Origin: Gammaproteobacteria bacterium
GTDB taxonomy: Bacteria > Pseudomonadota > Gammaproteobacteria > CBDBNL01 > JAAOII01
Length of the DNA: 64,000 bases
Reading direction: 5' to 3'
Assembly (NCBI GenBank): GCA_965209035.1
Contig: OZ242372.1
Location: 864,001-928,000, forward strand
Translations under genes and position numbers: made by a program
Shown here: positions 1 through 9,120 of the stretch, piece after piece
Numbering within the stretch: the first letter of the stretch is position 1
Layout of the letters: the number at the start of each line of letters is the position of its first letter
Notes under the pieces: model-generated
What the model saw: only the letters and a program-made list of their open reading frames with translations
Database searches by the model: none
What the model was told of the DNA's origin: nothing

Positions 1-187
1 TCTCCGCATCCGAAACAAGTCCTTCCGGCCCGCCCGCCTGACGACTGGCACAAGACACCAAAAAAAGTGATGCCGTCAACGCCAATGCAATGCCAAGAGA
101 GCCGAGACCTTTAACAGGGCTAGCAGGGCAACAAGGCAACGAGGCATCCCCCCGCGTATCTTTAGTTGAAAACAAACAAAAACGCAT
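1..187 (-). CDS. 5' part of a putative lipoprotein, truncated by the window edge
   Basis: Hand translation from ATG 187: MRFCLFSTKD...LGIALALTASLFLVSCASRQ..., a hydrophobic stretch plus LVSC lipobox, open to position 1. Confidence 0.4.
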   Translation of the reverse strand, partial: MRFCLFSTKDTRGDASLPCCPASPVKGLGSLGIALALTASLFLVSCASRQAGGPEGLVSDAE

Positions 188-230
188 TTAATCAATAATT
201 CTTTCGTATTATTATATGGATAATCAATAT

Positions 231-346
231 TAAGAAATAACATACATATCTTTTATTTTATGGCATCCGCTTTCAAAATCAACAGCATTGCAAGCATTCA
301 CATCCAAACAAACGCGGATATGCATTCTTTTAGCACACCAAAATTA
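231..346 (+). pseudogene. Degenerate duplicate of the murB upstream region and first ~29 codons
   Basis: Encodes MASAFKINSIASIHIQTNADMHSFSTPKL versus MurB MTPAFNINNLRIQTNADMRSFSTLRL; DNA atccaaac(a/c)aacgcggatatgc(a/g)ttcttttagcac is shared with ~4212-4246. Confidence 0.8.
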
Positions 347-587
347 GGGAATTGCATACTTTGTAACCCATAAAGAAATAAGTGTCATTATTATTACATT
401 AAATGAGAGTTGAGGAGTAATGTATGAGCATGAATACCGGTAAAGGCAAGAAAAAAGAGGGTTATTTTCTGTTCGCGGCCTTCAGAATGGAAGTTTTGGC
501 AGATCAGATCCCCGGGCTGTTTGCCATGGATCTTGAGGCAAATGGCAAATTTTTTGAAGCGCATAGATTGTCAAGTGTATAATTCCC
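347..587. mobile_element. Possible MITE-like element
   Basis: Imperfect terminal inverted repeats gggaattgcatactt (347) and aagtgtataattccc (ends 587), 12/15 match; no long ORF; starts exactly where the murB copy ends. Confidence 0.35.
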
Positions 588-794
588 GGATTAAAAAGGT
601 GTTTAATATAAGCACCGGGGACAGTTTCAAACTGTTTCATTCATTAATGCCAAATGGCTAATGCTCAACCCCCCACTCCAGCCCCAACCTTTAATGTCCT
701 AATACTTACGGGACAATTTTCGGTCGTTCGGGGCGGTTTGAGGTTCGGTGCGAACACGGACACCGACACACAGAGTCCAAAACCGGGTGAGATC

Positions 795-1265
795 GGACAC
801 GTCGGCATTGACCTATTTTCTCGCTTCTCGCTGGTCTGTGTCGAACCTTCCGCTGCTTCGGCCCGTTCCGCCCGGCTGTTTACCGCCATGCAAAATATAC
901 TCGGCGTGCGGATCGAAAAAGTCCTCACCGATAATGGCAGTGATTTCGCCAAAGACTTTCACCGGGTCGTGACAGCAAACGACAGCACCCACTGGCATAC
1001 CCATACTATATTGTTTTTTGGGGAAACCGCAAATGAATGCACACTGCGAACGGTTTAATCGCACTCCCTAAAAATACCTTGGGGGAAGAGTTCGGTTGTC
1101 ATATGCGGCATCTCCTGTTTAAGGAGATGTCGGCATTCAACGCCAAGTTCATCGCATGGCTGGCTTGGTATCATCGCGAACGTCCCCACTATGCTCACAA
1201 ACAACTCTCACCGAATCCGGTTTTTACAAAGACAACAAAAGTCCGAAAATGGGTGGGAATATGCA
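795..1265 (+). mobile_element. IS481-family remnant (3' half, frameshifted) with right end
   Basis: HVGIDLFSR...VLTDNGSDFAKDF and EEFGCHMRHLL...HYAHKQLSP lie in different frames and closely match the intact copy at 20747-21820; ends gggtgggaatatgca. Confidence 0.85.
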
Positions 1266-1373
1266 TGATTTTGAAAATTAAAGTTATAATATTTGAAAAT
1301 TAAAGTTATAGTAATAGTTGAGTGATGTCTCAAAAAAATTAATATTAATCATAATAGAAAACAATAGAAAATA

Positions 1374-3611
1374 ATGAATAATCTACACTTTTTTCCTGCG
1401 CGGCCGGCGAAAGAAATGTGCCGCGAACAAAGAGGCACGATATCTGTGCGTCTTCTTAATAATACCTTTAATGTCTTTAAGGCTTTTCCCGAACCCAATA
1501 GGGCACGACGGATGCGCATACCGGCTCGTTTTTACGGTCTGCTGCTAGCGGGTATGTTCGGTTTGGTCCTGACAGGTTGTGGCGGCAGCGGCGGAGGTGG
1601 CGATGACCGCACGCCTCAGAATCCCCTGGCTGCTTCCAATATCAAAGCCGCGGCATCCGGCAATAATATCACCGTGAGTTGGACGAATCCCAACCTGGAG
1701 AATATCACCGGTTTCAATATCAAGTGGGTCAATGTTGATAATAATGCCGATAACGGCACAGAGGAACTTGATTCTGACGAAGCGAATGTTACGGCGGGTG
1801 CCAGTAATACGGACACCATTACGGGTCTTAACTATGACGCCACCTATGAGATCACAGTTGCGGTGCTTTATCGGAATGGCACATCCGTGATATCCGTGGA
1901 TTCGGTTCCGGTTAGAGAAACGATCGGGATGGATCCTGCCACCAATCCGCCAGACGGCAGCACCCCCACTCTGCCGGCTGTTTCCAATATCCAAACCGCA
2001 GTTAGCGGGAATAATATTACCGTGAGTTGGACCAATCCAAACCGGGATAATATCGATGGGTTCAACATTGCTTGGTTCAATGTTGATGATGATGCCGATG
2101 ACGGCACAGAGGAATTCAATCCTCCGGAAGCGAATGTTTCTGCCGGTGCCAAGGATAATACATACCTCATTACGGGTCTCACCTATTCTGCGACCTATAG
2201 CATCACAGTTGCGGTGCGTTCTGCGGATCAAGAACCCGTGGTTTCGGATCCGGTTCAAGACACAATCGGACCGGATCCGGAGGGCGATGATGATAACGAT
2301 GGTGTGGTGAATAGGGAAGATTTGGACTATGACGGTGACGGCTTAATCGAGATTCACAATTTGGATCAACTGGCCCTGCTGCGCGATGACCTAAATGGCG
2401 ATGGGACAGATGATGATCGTATTGACGCGATTGACGCCGTAGGTTCTATGGGCTGCCCGGTTGAAGGTGACGGCGGCTGTATGGGTTATGAACTGAGCCG
2501 CTCGTTGAATTTTAGCGATGCGGCTTCCTATGCCGAGGGCGGCGGCAACCAAACTATCTGGACAACCGGCAGCGGCTGGACACCGATCGGCTCCTGCAGT
2601 AGTGGAACGGATTGTACAAGATATACGGGGATTTTTGAAGGGAACAACCACAACATCGTCGGACTGTTGATTGGGCGTAGATCAGAAGTCGGAGTCGGGT
2701 TCGGCGGGTTGTTCGCTGCCCTCAATGGCACAATTCGCAATCTGCGCTTGTTGGATGCAAGTGTCACCGGTGATGACAATACCGGTTTGTTAGTTGGGGC
2801 TGCCGACAACGCCAGGCTGGAAAACATTTTGGTTTCAGGAAGAGTTAGTAGCAGCGACAGCACAGGAGCTCTCGCCGGCCGTGCCCCGAATGCCATGGTC
2901 AGCCAAGTGATCGTTAAAGATAGCACAATAAATGGAGGGAGCGGTATAGGCGGATTAATAGGATCCGGCGACAATGTCACTATTAGTCGCTCTTATATAA
3001 CCGGCAGCAACCTAGTAAGCAACGGTGTTAGTGCCGGCGGATTAATAGGAACGGGCCAGAGGGTCATTATTGTGCAGTCTTATGTAACCGGCAGCCGCAT
3101 ATCCAGCGATGGTTCCGGCGTGGGCGGATTAATAGGAATGGGCATCGCATCGATCATTGAGCGCTCTTATGTGGCTGATACGAGTGTAACATCTCTCGAT
3201 GTCTCCGTAGGCGGATTAATAGGATTCGGCAGATCTGCAACTATTAGTTTCTCTTATGTGGTCGGTGGCAGCGTATCCGGTTCTGGAGAAGTAGGCGGAT
3301 TAAGAGGCTTTGGCATTTCTTCGGTAAATGCGTCTTATTGGAACACGACCACCACAGGCCGGGCGGGCAGCGGCGAAAGCAAAACCGCAGAGGAATTGCA
3401 AATGCCCACCGACTTCACGGGGGCAGACAATATCTACAATCTCTGGGGTAACTTCTGGTGCAACCCGGACACCGGTGAGGAAATAGAAAGTCCTTCCCAG
3501 CCGCCTGGCGATTTCGTCCGTGTCTGGAATCTTGGCACTGACGAGGAATACCCGGTCTTGAATTGTGTAGTCGGCGGCCTGGAACCCCAAGGCAGGGCAC
3601 CAACACCCTAA
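1374..3611 (+). CDS. Surface lipoprotein/adhesin: 2x fibronectin type III-like repeats, Asp-rich Ca-binding motifs, GLUG-type beta-helix region
   Basis: LTGC lipobox; two ITVSWTNP...ITGL.Y.ATY.ITVAV repeats; DDDNDG/DYDGDG; repeated GGLIG motifs. True start may be downstream of 1374. Confidence 0.75.
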   Translation: MNNLHFFPARPAKEMCREQRGTISVRLLNNTFNVFKAFPEPNRARRMRIPARFYGLLLAGMFGLVLTGCGGSGGGGDDRTPQNPLAASNIKAAASGNNITVSWTNPNLENITGFNIKWVNVDNNADNGTEELDSDEANVTAGASNTDTITGLNYDATYEITVAVLYRNGTSVISVDSVPVRETIGMDPATNPPDGSTPTLPAVSNIQTAVSGNNITVSWTNPNRDNIDGFNIAWFNVDDDADDGTEEFNPPEANVSAGAKDNTYLITGLTYSATYSITVAVRSADQEPVVSDPVQDTIGPDPEGDDDNDGVVNREDLDYDGDGLIEIHNLDQLALLRDDLNGDGTDDDRIDAIDAVGSMGCPVEGDGGCMGYELSRSLNFSDAASYAEGGGNQTIWTTGSGWTPIGSCSSGTDCTRYTGIFEGNNHNIVGLLIGRRSEVGVGFGGLFAALNGTIRNLRLLDASVTGDDNTGLLVGAADNARLENILVSGRVSSSDSTGALAGRAPNAMVSQVIVKDSTINGGSGIGGLIGSGDNVTISRSYITGSNLVSNGVSAGGLIGTGQRVIIVQSYVTGSRISSDGSGVGGLIGMGIASIIERSYVADTSVTSLDVSVGGLIGFGRSATISFSYVVGGSVSGSGEVGGLRGFGISSVNASYWNTTTTGRAGSGESKTAEELQMPTDFTGADNIYNLWGNFWCNPDTGEEIESPSQPPGDFVRVWNLGTDEEYPVLNCVVGGLEPQGRAPTP
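1628..2270 (+). repeat. Intragenic tandem duplication of an FN3-like domain (period ~348 bp)
   Basis: ggctg(c/t)ttccaatatc...accgtgagttggac occurs at 1628 and 1976. Confidence 0.8.
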
Positions 3612-3756
3612 GGCGGAACACCTTAAGGCAGAAGGTCTTAAGGCGGCCTGCAGGGACGGGCTGGATGCCCTTTCCCTACCGCAACAATTTAAGCAGGTTG
3701 GGCAATTTGAGCAATTAAAATAACGGGAGCCCTGCGGATGCTCTCCCTTGCTTTCG

Positions 3757-3800
3757 CCTGCTCTACACCTGCTCTACACCTGCTCTACACCTGCTATAGA
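3757..3800. repeat. 11-bp tandem repeat (cctgctctaca x3 plus one degenerate copy)
   Basis: Directly visible. Confidence 0.85.
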
Positions 3801-4175
3801 TGCTGCGTTCATTCGCTAAAAATACATCCGTTTGAGGTTGCATTTGTTGTCATTTAATGAATGTGTGGGATCTCCAAAGAACTTTGGAGTGCGGGTGATC
3901 GCCCGGCTGCGCAGATGCGAAAGATACGCAAGATTCGGAAACTTCTTTATCCCTTATCCTTTAAAGGAAGCAATATGGCCCCACCTGTTTTTTTAGAATA
4001 TGCCCGGCAAGTACTTGGAAAGCACTTGGAATATTATCCGCCCGCAGATCCAACCGCGGGAATCACCGGAACTGCCGAGTCTTCTTTATAAATCTTGCCG
4101 AAGTTAAATGATGAAGCCAAGTGATACGGGCAATGATGATTAAGAATTAACATCCGCATTTTTCGTTTCTTTTAT

Positions 4176-5225
4176 GTGATGACACCCGCTTTCAACATCA
4201 ACAACCTTCGTATCCAAACCAACGCGGATATGCGTTCTTTTAGCACGCTCAGATTAAAAAGCACGGGCGCGGCTGTTTTGTCTGTCACAGATCTGCGTCA
4301 GATCCCGCCGGCAATTCAATATGCCCGCGCCCGGAAACTCAAGGTGGTGCCTCTTGGCGAAGGCAGCAATGTGGTCCTGCCCGTTTTTTGGAAGGTTCTC
4401 TGCCTGCGTATTCAACTTCGGGGAATCAAAAAAATACGAGAAACCGCCGACGCGGTGCATATCCGGGTGGCGGCCGGCGAAAAATGGCATGACCTGGTGA
4501 GATACTGCACCGACAAAGAATGGTTCGGTTTGGAGAACCTGGCATTAATTCCGGGTTCTTGCGGGGCCGCCCCCATCCAAAATATCGGCGCCTACGGCAG
4601 CGAGATTAAAGAATTTCTGACACGCGTGCATCTGATCAAAAGACAGGACGGGACAAGCAAAATTGTCCGGGCGGCCGAATGCGATCTGCAATACCGGACA
4701 AGTTGCTTCAAAAGATCCCGGGCGGAAGCATACATCGTTACAGCCATTGAACTGAAACTCAGCAAAACCCCCAACATCAATCTTGGTTACCAAGAACTGC
4801 AAAAGAGATTACAGGATCTGGGAATTGACAGCCCCCGACCGCGCGATCTGTTCAATGCCGTCTGCCACTTAAGAACAGCCAAACTGCCTTCAACCGAGGT
4901 ACTCGGCAATGTCGGCAGTTTTTTTCAGAATCCAACGGTGTCGACAAGCCGCTTTCGTGAAATAGCGGCCGTCTATCCGAGCGTTAAGGGATACCAAGTA
5001 TCTCCCGCCCGAACTCGCATCGCGGCCGCATCCTTGCTTGAAGTGTGCGGTTGGAAAGGGTTTCGCGCGGGAGACATCGGCGTTTACGAAAAACATGCCC
5101 TGTGCCTGGTGAACTACGGGAATGCCGACCAAAAAATGATCACAGACCTTGCCGAAAAAATGCGCGCCGATGTTCGCAACAGATTCGCGATCCCTCTGGA
5201 GATTGAACCGCGCGTGTATGCTTAA
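4176..5225 (+). CDS. murB: UDP-N-acetylmuramate dehydrogenase
   Basis: LGEGSNV, GLENLALIPG..GAAPIQNIGAYG, GNVGSFFQNP, HALCLVN and LEIEP motifs. Confidence 0.95.
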   Translation: MMTPAFNINNLRIQTNADMRSFSTLRLKSTGAAVLSVTDLRQIPPAIQYARARKLKVVPLGEGSNVVLPVFWKVLCLRIQLRGIKKIRETADAVHIRVAAGEKWHDLVRYCTDKEWFGLENLALIPGSCGAAPIQNIGAYGSEIKEFLTRVHLIKRQDGTSKIVRAAECDLQYRTSCFKRSRAEAYIVTAIELKLSKTPNINLGYQELQKRLQDLGIDSPRPRDLFNAVCHLRTAKLPSTEVLGNVGSFFQNPTVSTSRFREIAAVYPSVKGYQVSPARTRIAAASLLEVCGWKGFRAGDIGVYEKHALCLVNYGNADQKMITDLAEKMRADVRNRFAIPLEIEPRVYA

Positions 5226-5331
5226 AAATGACCGCCACGATAAGAAAGAGATACGGATGACAGAGATCCGCTCAATGATTAAATGATTAAACGATTAATT
5301 GTCACAAGGTCAAGAGTGCTATAATATAAGC

Positions 5332-5595
5332 ATGACAGAAAATAAAAAAGAACTTTGGCAAAAAGAAGTAGACAAAAACTACAGTGTATTTTTGAAAGAG
5401 CTACCCGGATTACTAAGATCGCATCCGGATAAGTATTTGATTATGCACAAAGGGAAGCAAGTTGGCATCTTTGATACCGCGGAGGATGCTTATCAGACTG
5501 CGGAACTTCTTTATAAAAATAATGAGCCGTATTCTATCCAAAAAATTACGGGTGAACATATAAGCTTAGGGTGGCAGGGTCATGCCCTCTTTTAG
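5332..5595 (+). CDS. Small DUF5678-like protein
   Basis: LPGLLRSHPDKYLIMHKGKQVGIFDTAEDAY pattern; overlaps the following protease gene; ATG 5332 preferred to TTG 5299. Confidence 0.55.
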   Translation: MTENKKELWQKEVDKNYSVFLKELPGLLRSHPDKYLIMHKGKQVGIFDTAEDAYQTAELLYKNNEPYSIQKITGEHISLGWQGHALF

Positions 5596-6037
5596 TGTAA
5601 CTCTAAATGTCAGAAGTGAATTTCTTTGTCAAGTTCAATTAGTAAAAGAAGATAAATCTGTTTCCAATTCACCCGAGCACTTAAATATTGACCTAAATCG
5701 GTTACAGACTTACACTGCTTTAATAGACACAGGAGCAAGTATAACATCTGTTTCGGCAAAAGTGGCTCAAGATCTGTCTTTAATTCCGATCTCAAGAATT
5801 CCGATAAATGGTGCCGGCGGACAAGTTCTTACCAATGCTTATATCATTCATTTGTGTCTACCCATAGCCGTTCATAAAAATAACAAAAATCAAGTTGTAG
5901 TTAATCGCAATTTTTTCATAAGTACCCGAGTTTGTGAATTTGTAGGACCTTCACACTTTGATGTGATCCTTGGCATGGATATTTTGAAACAAGGAGTTTT
6001 TCAATATGCCAATGGCATATTTACTTTCAGTTTATAG
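5582..6037 (+). CDS. Clan AA (retropepsin-like) aspartic protease
   Basis: ALIDTGAS catalytic motif and C-terminal DVILGMD motif. Confidence 0.85.
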   Translation: MPSFSVTLNVRSEFLCQVQLVKEDKSVSNSPEHLNIDLNRLQTYTALIDTGASITSVSAKVAQDLSLIPISRIPINGAGGQVLTNAYIIHLCLPIAVHKNNKNQVVVNRNFFISTRVCEFVGPSHFDVILGMDILKQGVFQYANGIFTFSL

Positions 6038-6238
6038 CTACGATTTATCTAATTTAGAGAATGCATTACAGACGAACTGATAGCATTTTTCTTAATCGCT
6101 AAGTCTATCAGACTCCGAGCAGCCGCGCCGCAGCACAGTATCTCGGTGTCCCAATCATTCATTAATGCATCACAATAAAAAGATGTTGATAGGCCGAACC
6201 GCATCCCCGATTAAACAAAATCACGCAACTCCCGGACG

Positions 6239-6772
6239 ATGAATGAACGCATCGCGATCGGAGTCCTGACCGGGCGGGAGAGCGGCGCGCCTTCCTCTGG
6301 CACAAAAGACACGAACAGTGCCGGACAAAAGCCGGGAGGAGATGTATTAGTCTGTTGCCGGGCATCTCACCAAAAATGGGCGGGCTATTGGGAGTTCCCG
6401 GGCGGCAAGGTGCGGGCGAATGAGACCGTGTTCCAAGGGCTAAAACGCGAACTGACGGAAGAAATCGGCATTCATTGTCTTGAGGCCGAGTCCCTGGTGC
6501 GGCATACCTATCGCGGCGCGCATCAAGACCCGAATGAAAACCCAAATCCGGATCACCGGCAAAAGACTCTACTGCTTGAATTCTGGCATGTGACAAGATG
6601 GACGGGCGAACCTGTTGGAATGGAAGGGCAAGAAGTTCGGTGGCAGCCTGCGGACGAATTGGCTTCCTTGAAGTTTCTTCCCGGCAACAGACACATCATC
6701 CCCTTTTTGCGTCAATACCTGCAAAGACCGCGCACCGGGAAAACGCCGGAACCTAACTCGGCAGGATCCTAA
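6239..6772 (+). CDS. mutT: NUDIX hydrolase, MutT-like
   Basis: WEFPGGKV....ETVFQGLKRELTEEIG Nudix box; EGQEVRW. Confidence 0.75.
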   Translation: MNERIAIGVLTGRESGAPSSGTKDTNSAGQKPGGDVLVCCRASHQKWAGYWEFPGGKVRANETVFQGLKRELTEEIGIHCLEAESLVRHTYRGAHQDPNENPNPDHRQKTLLLEFWHVTRWTGEPVGMEGQEVRWQPADELASLKFLPGNRHIIPFLRQYLQRPRTGKTPEPNSAGS

Positions 6773-7050
6773 CAAATAAAAAATGTCTTCCAAAGATTCC
6801 ACAGCTTCCGCCTCGCCTCAAAGACCCAAAACTTCCCCGGCTTCCCCGGCTTCCAAAAATCCCCAAATGCATGCCGGCAGGGTGGCGGGGGAAAAACGCC
6901 GGCACCTAACTCAGTCGGATCCTAACAAATAAAAAATGTCTTCCACAGATTCCACAGCTTCCGCCTCGCCACAAAGCCCCAAAACTCTCAAAAATTCCCC
7001 GGCTTCCTCGGCTTCTAAAAAGCCCCAAATGCATACCGGCAGGATGGCGG
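6737..7050 (+). repeat. Tandem duplication of the mutT stop/hemE start junction (period 153 bp)
   Basis: ggatcctaacaaataaaaaatgtcttcc occurs twice (TAA 6770 and 6923; ATG 6783 and 6936). Confidence 0.9.
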
Positions 7051-8063
7051 ATGTGCTTGCCGGCCGTCGACCGGACCGCACCCCTGTCTGGATCATGCGT
7101 CAAGCCGGACGCTACCTGCCGGAATACCGAAAACTGCGCGCCAAAGTCGGCAGTTTTCAAAAACTCTATCGGCAGCATGCCGCCGAAGTCACCCTGATGC
7201 CGCTCAAACGCTATGGCTTGGACGCGGCAATTATCTTCAGCGATATTCTGATCCTGCCGGACGCGCTGGGAATGGAGGTGGAGTTCACCGAAGGTTTGGG
7301 TCCCGTCTTGCAAAAACCCGTGCGGGGCGAAAAATCCTTGGCGGATCTCCGAAGTCCGCATCCGCAGGAAGCCTACCAATATCTGGCGGAAGGAATCAAA
7401 GAAACAAAAGCGGAACTGGCGGCGGATACCTCACTCATCGGTTTTGTCGGCAGCCCTTGGACTCTTGCGGTATATGGCACCCAGGGAAGCGGTTCCAAAA
7501 ACTTCGCAATTACGCGGCGCATGCTTTACGAGCAACCGAAACTCTTGCATTCCTTACTGGAACGCCTCACCCGGGAAGTCATTCAACTCGCCTTGTTACA
7601 GATTCGCGCCGGCGCCGATGTGATACAAATTTTTGATTCATGGGCGGGGCTACTCCCCCGTCATCTCTATGCCGACTTTTCCCTGACATACACGGAGCAG
7701 ATCGTCCGGGAAATACAAGATAAAGCACCCAACACGCCGACGATCCTGTTCGCCAGAGAATGCGCGCTTCCCGTATCGGAACTTGCCAAAATCGGCATCG
7801 CAGCCCTCAGCCTGGATTGGAAAAGCGATATGGGACTGTCTTTTGCCGAAACAAAAGGAAGCGTTGTTTTACAAGGCAATTTGGACCCGGCCGCCCTGTA
7901 TGCCGACGATGCCACTTTGGAAAAAGAGGTGCGGCGGATTCTGGATGCCAAGCCGGCAAATGCCGGGCATATTTTCAACTTGGGACACGGCGTCCCGCCG
8001 GATGTCTCACCCGACAAGATCGCGCTTCTTACGGATCTCGTGCATCGCCTCGGCGAATCTTAA
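6936..8063 (+). CDS. hemE: Uroporphyrinogen decarboxylase
   Basis: PVWIMRQAGRYLPEY, AAIIFSDIL, QIFDSW, LQGNLDP and HIFNLGHG motifs. Confidence 0.97.
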   Translation: MSSTDSTASASPQSPKTLKNSPASSASKKPQMHTGRMADVLAGRRPDRTPVWIMRQAGRYLPEYRKLRAKVGSFQKLYRQHAAEVTLMPLKRYGLDAAIIFSDILILPDALGMEVEFTEGLGPVLQKPVRGEKSLADLRSPHPQEAYQYLAEGIKETKAELAADTSLIGFVGSPWTLAVYGTQGSGSKNFAITRRMLYEQPKLLHSLLERLTREVIQLALLQIRAGADVIQIFDSWAGLLPRHLYADFSLTYTEQIVREIQDKAPNTPTILFARECALPVSELAKIGIAALSLDWKSDMGLSFAETKGSVVLQGNLDPAALYADDATLEKEVRRILDAKPANAGHIFNLGHGVPPDVSPDKIALLTDLVHRLGES

Positions 8064-9120
8064 TCACACCAAGCCGGCAAATGCCGGGGATACTTTTAAC
8101 TTGGGACACGGGATATAAGCCCCGCCGAATGTCTTATGTCTCGCCCGACAAGATGATGCTTCTTACGGATCTCGTGCATCGCCTCGGCGAATCTTAATCA
8201 CACCAAAGACGGCTCGGCAAATCCCGCTTACGCCAAATCCTGCCAATGCTTGCGGATACGCTTTTCCAAGCCGGTAAATGCCGGGAATGTTTTTAACTTT
8301 AACTTGGGACACGGGATACAAGACCCGCCGGATGTCTTATGTCTCACCCGACAAGATTGCGTTTCTTACGGATCTCGTGCATCGCCTCGGCGAATCTTAA
8401 TCACACCAAAGACGGCTCGGCGAATCCCACTTACGCCAAATCCTGCCAATGCTTGCGGATACGCTTTTCCAAGCCGGCGGCATCCAACTTAGGGAATGTT
8501 TTTAGCTTTAACTTGGGACACGGGATATAAGCCCCGCCGAATGTCTTATGTCTCGCCCGACAAGATGATGCTTCTTACGGATCTCGTGCATCGCCTCGGC
8601 GAATCTTAATCACACCAAAGACGGCTCGGCAAATCCCGCTTACGCCAAATCCTGCCAATGCTTGCGGATACGCTTTTCCAAGCCGGTAAATGCCGGGAAT
8701 GTTTTTAACTTTAACTTGGGACACGGGATACAAGACCCGCCGGATGTCTTATGTCTCGCCCGACAAGATTGCGCTTCTTACGGATCTTGTGCATCGCCTC
8801 GGCGAATCTTAATCACACCAAAGACGGCTCGGCAAATCTCGCTTACGCCAAGTCCTGCCAATGCTTGCGGATACGCTTTTCCAAGCCGGCGGCATCCAAC
8901 TCAGGGGATGTTTTTAACTTTAACTTAGGACACGGGATACAAGCCCCGCCGGATGTCTTATGTCTCGCCCGACAAGATGATGCTTCTTACGGATCCTACG
9001 GATCTTGCACATCGCCTCGGCGAATCTTAATCACACCAAAGCCAAAGACGGCTCGGCGAATCCCGCTTACGCCAAATCCTGCCAATGCTTGCGGATACGC
9101 TTTTCCAAGCCGGCGGCATC
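7948..9120. repeat. Tandem array of hemE 3' end + intergenic + dxs 3' end
   Basis: hemE stop context ggcgaatcttaa ends at 8063, 8197, 8400, 8609, 8812 and 9030; dxs stop context ttacgccaa starts at 8228, 8431, 8640, 8843 and 9067. Confidence 0.95.

Noticed and set aside
3861-4091. 76-aa ORF upstream of murB
   Set aside because: No recognisable motif; possibly a remnant, but unsupported
8064-9066. Short ORFs within the hemE/dxs array
   Set aside because: They are frameshifted pieces of duplicated gene ends
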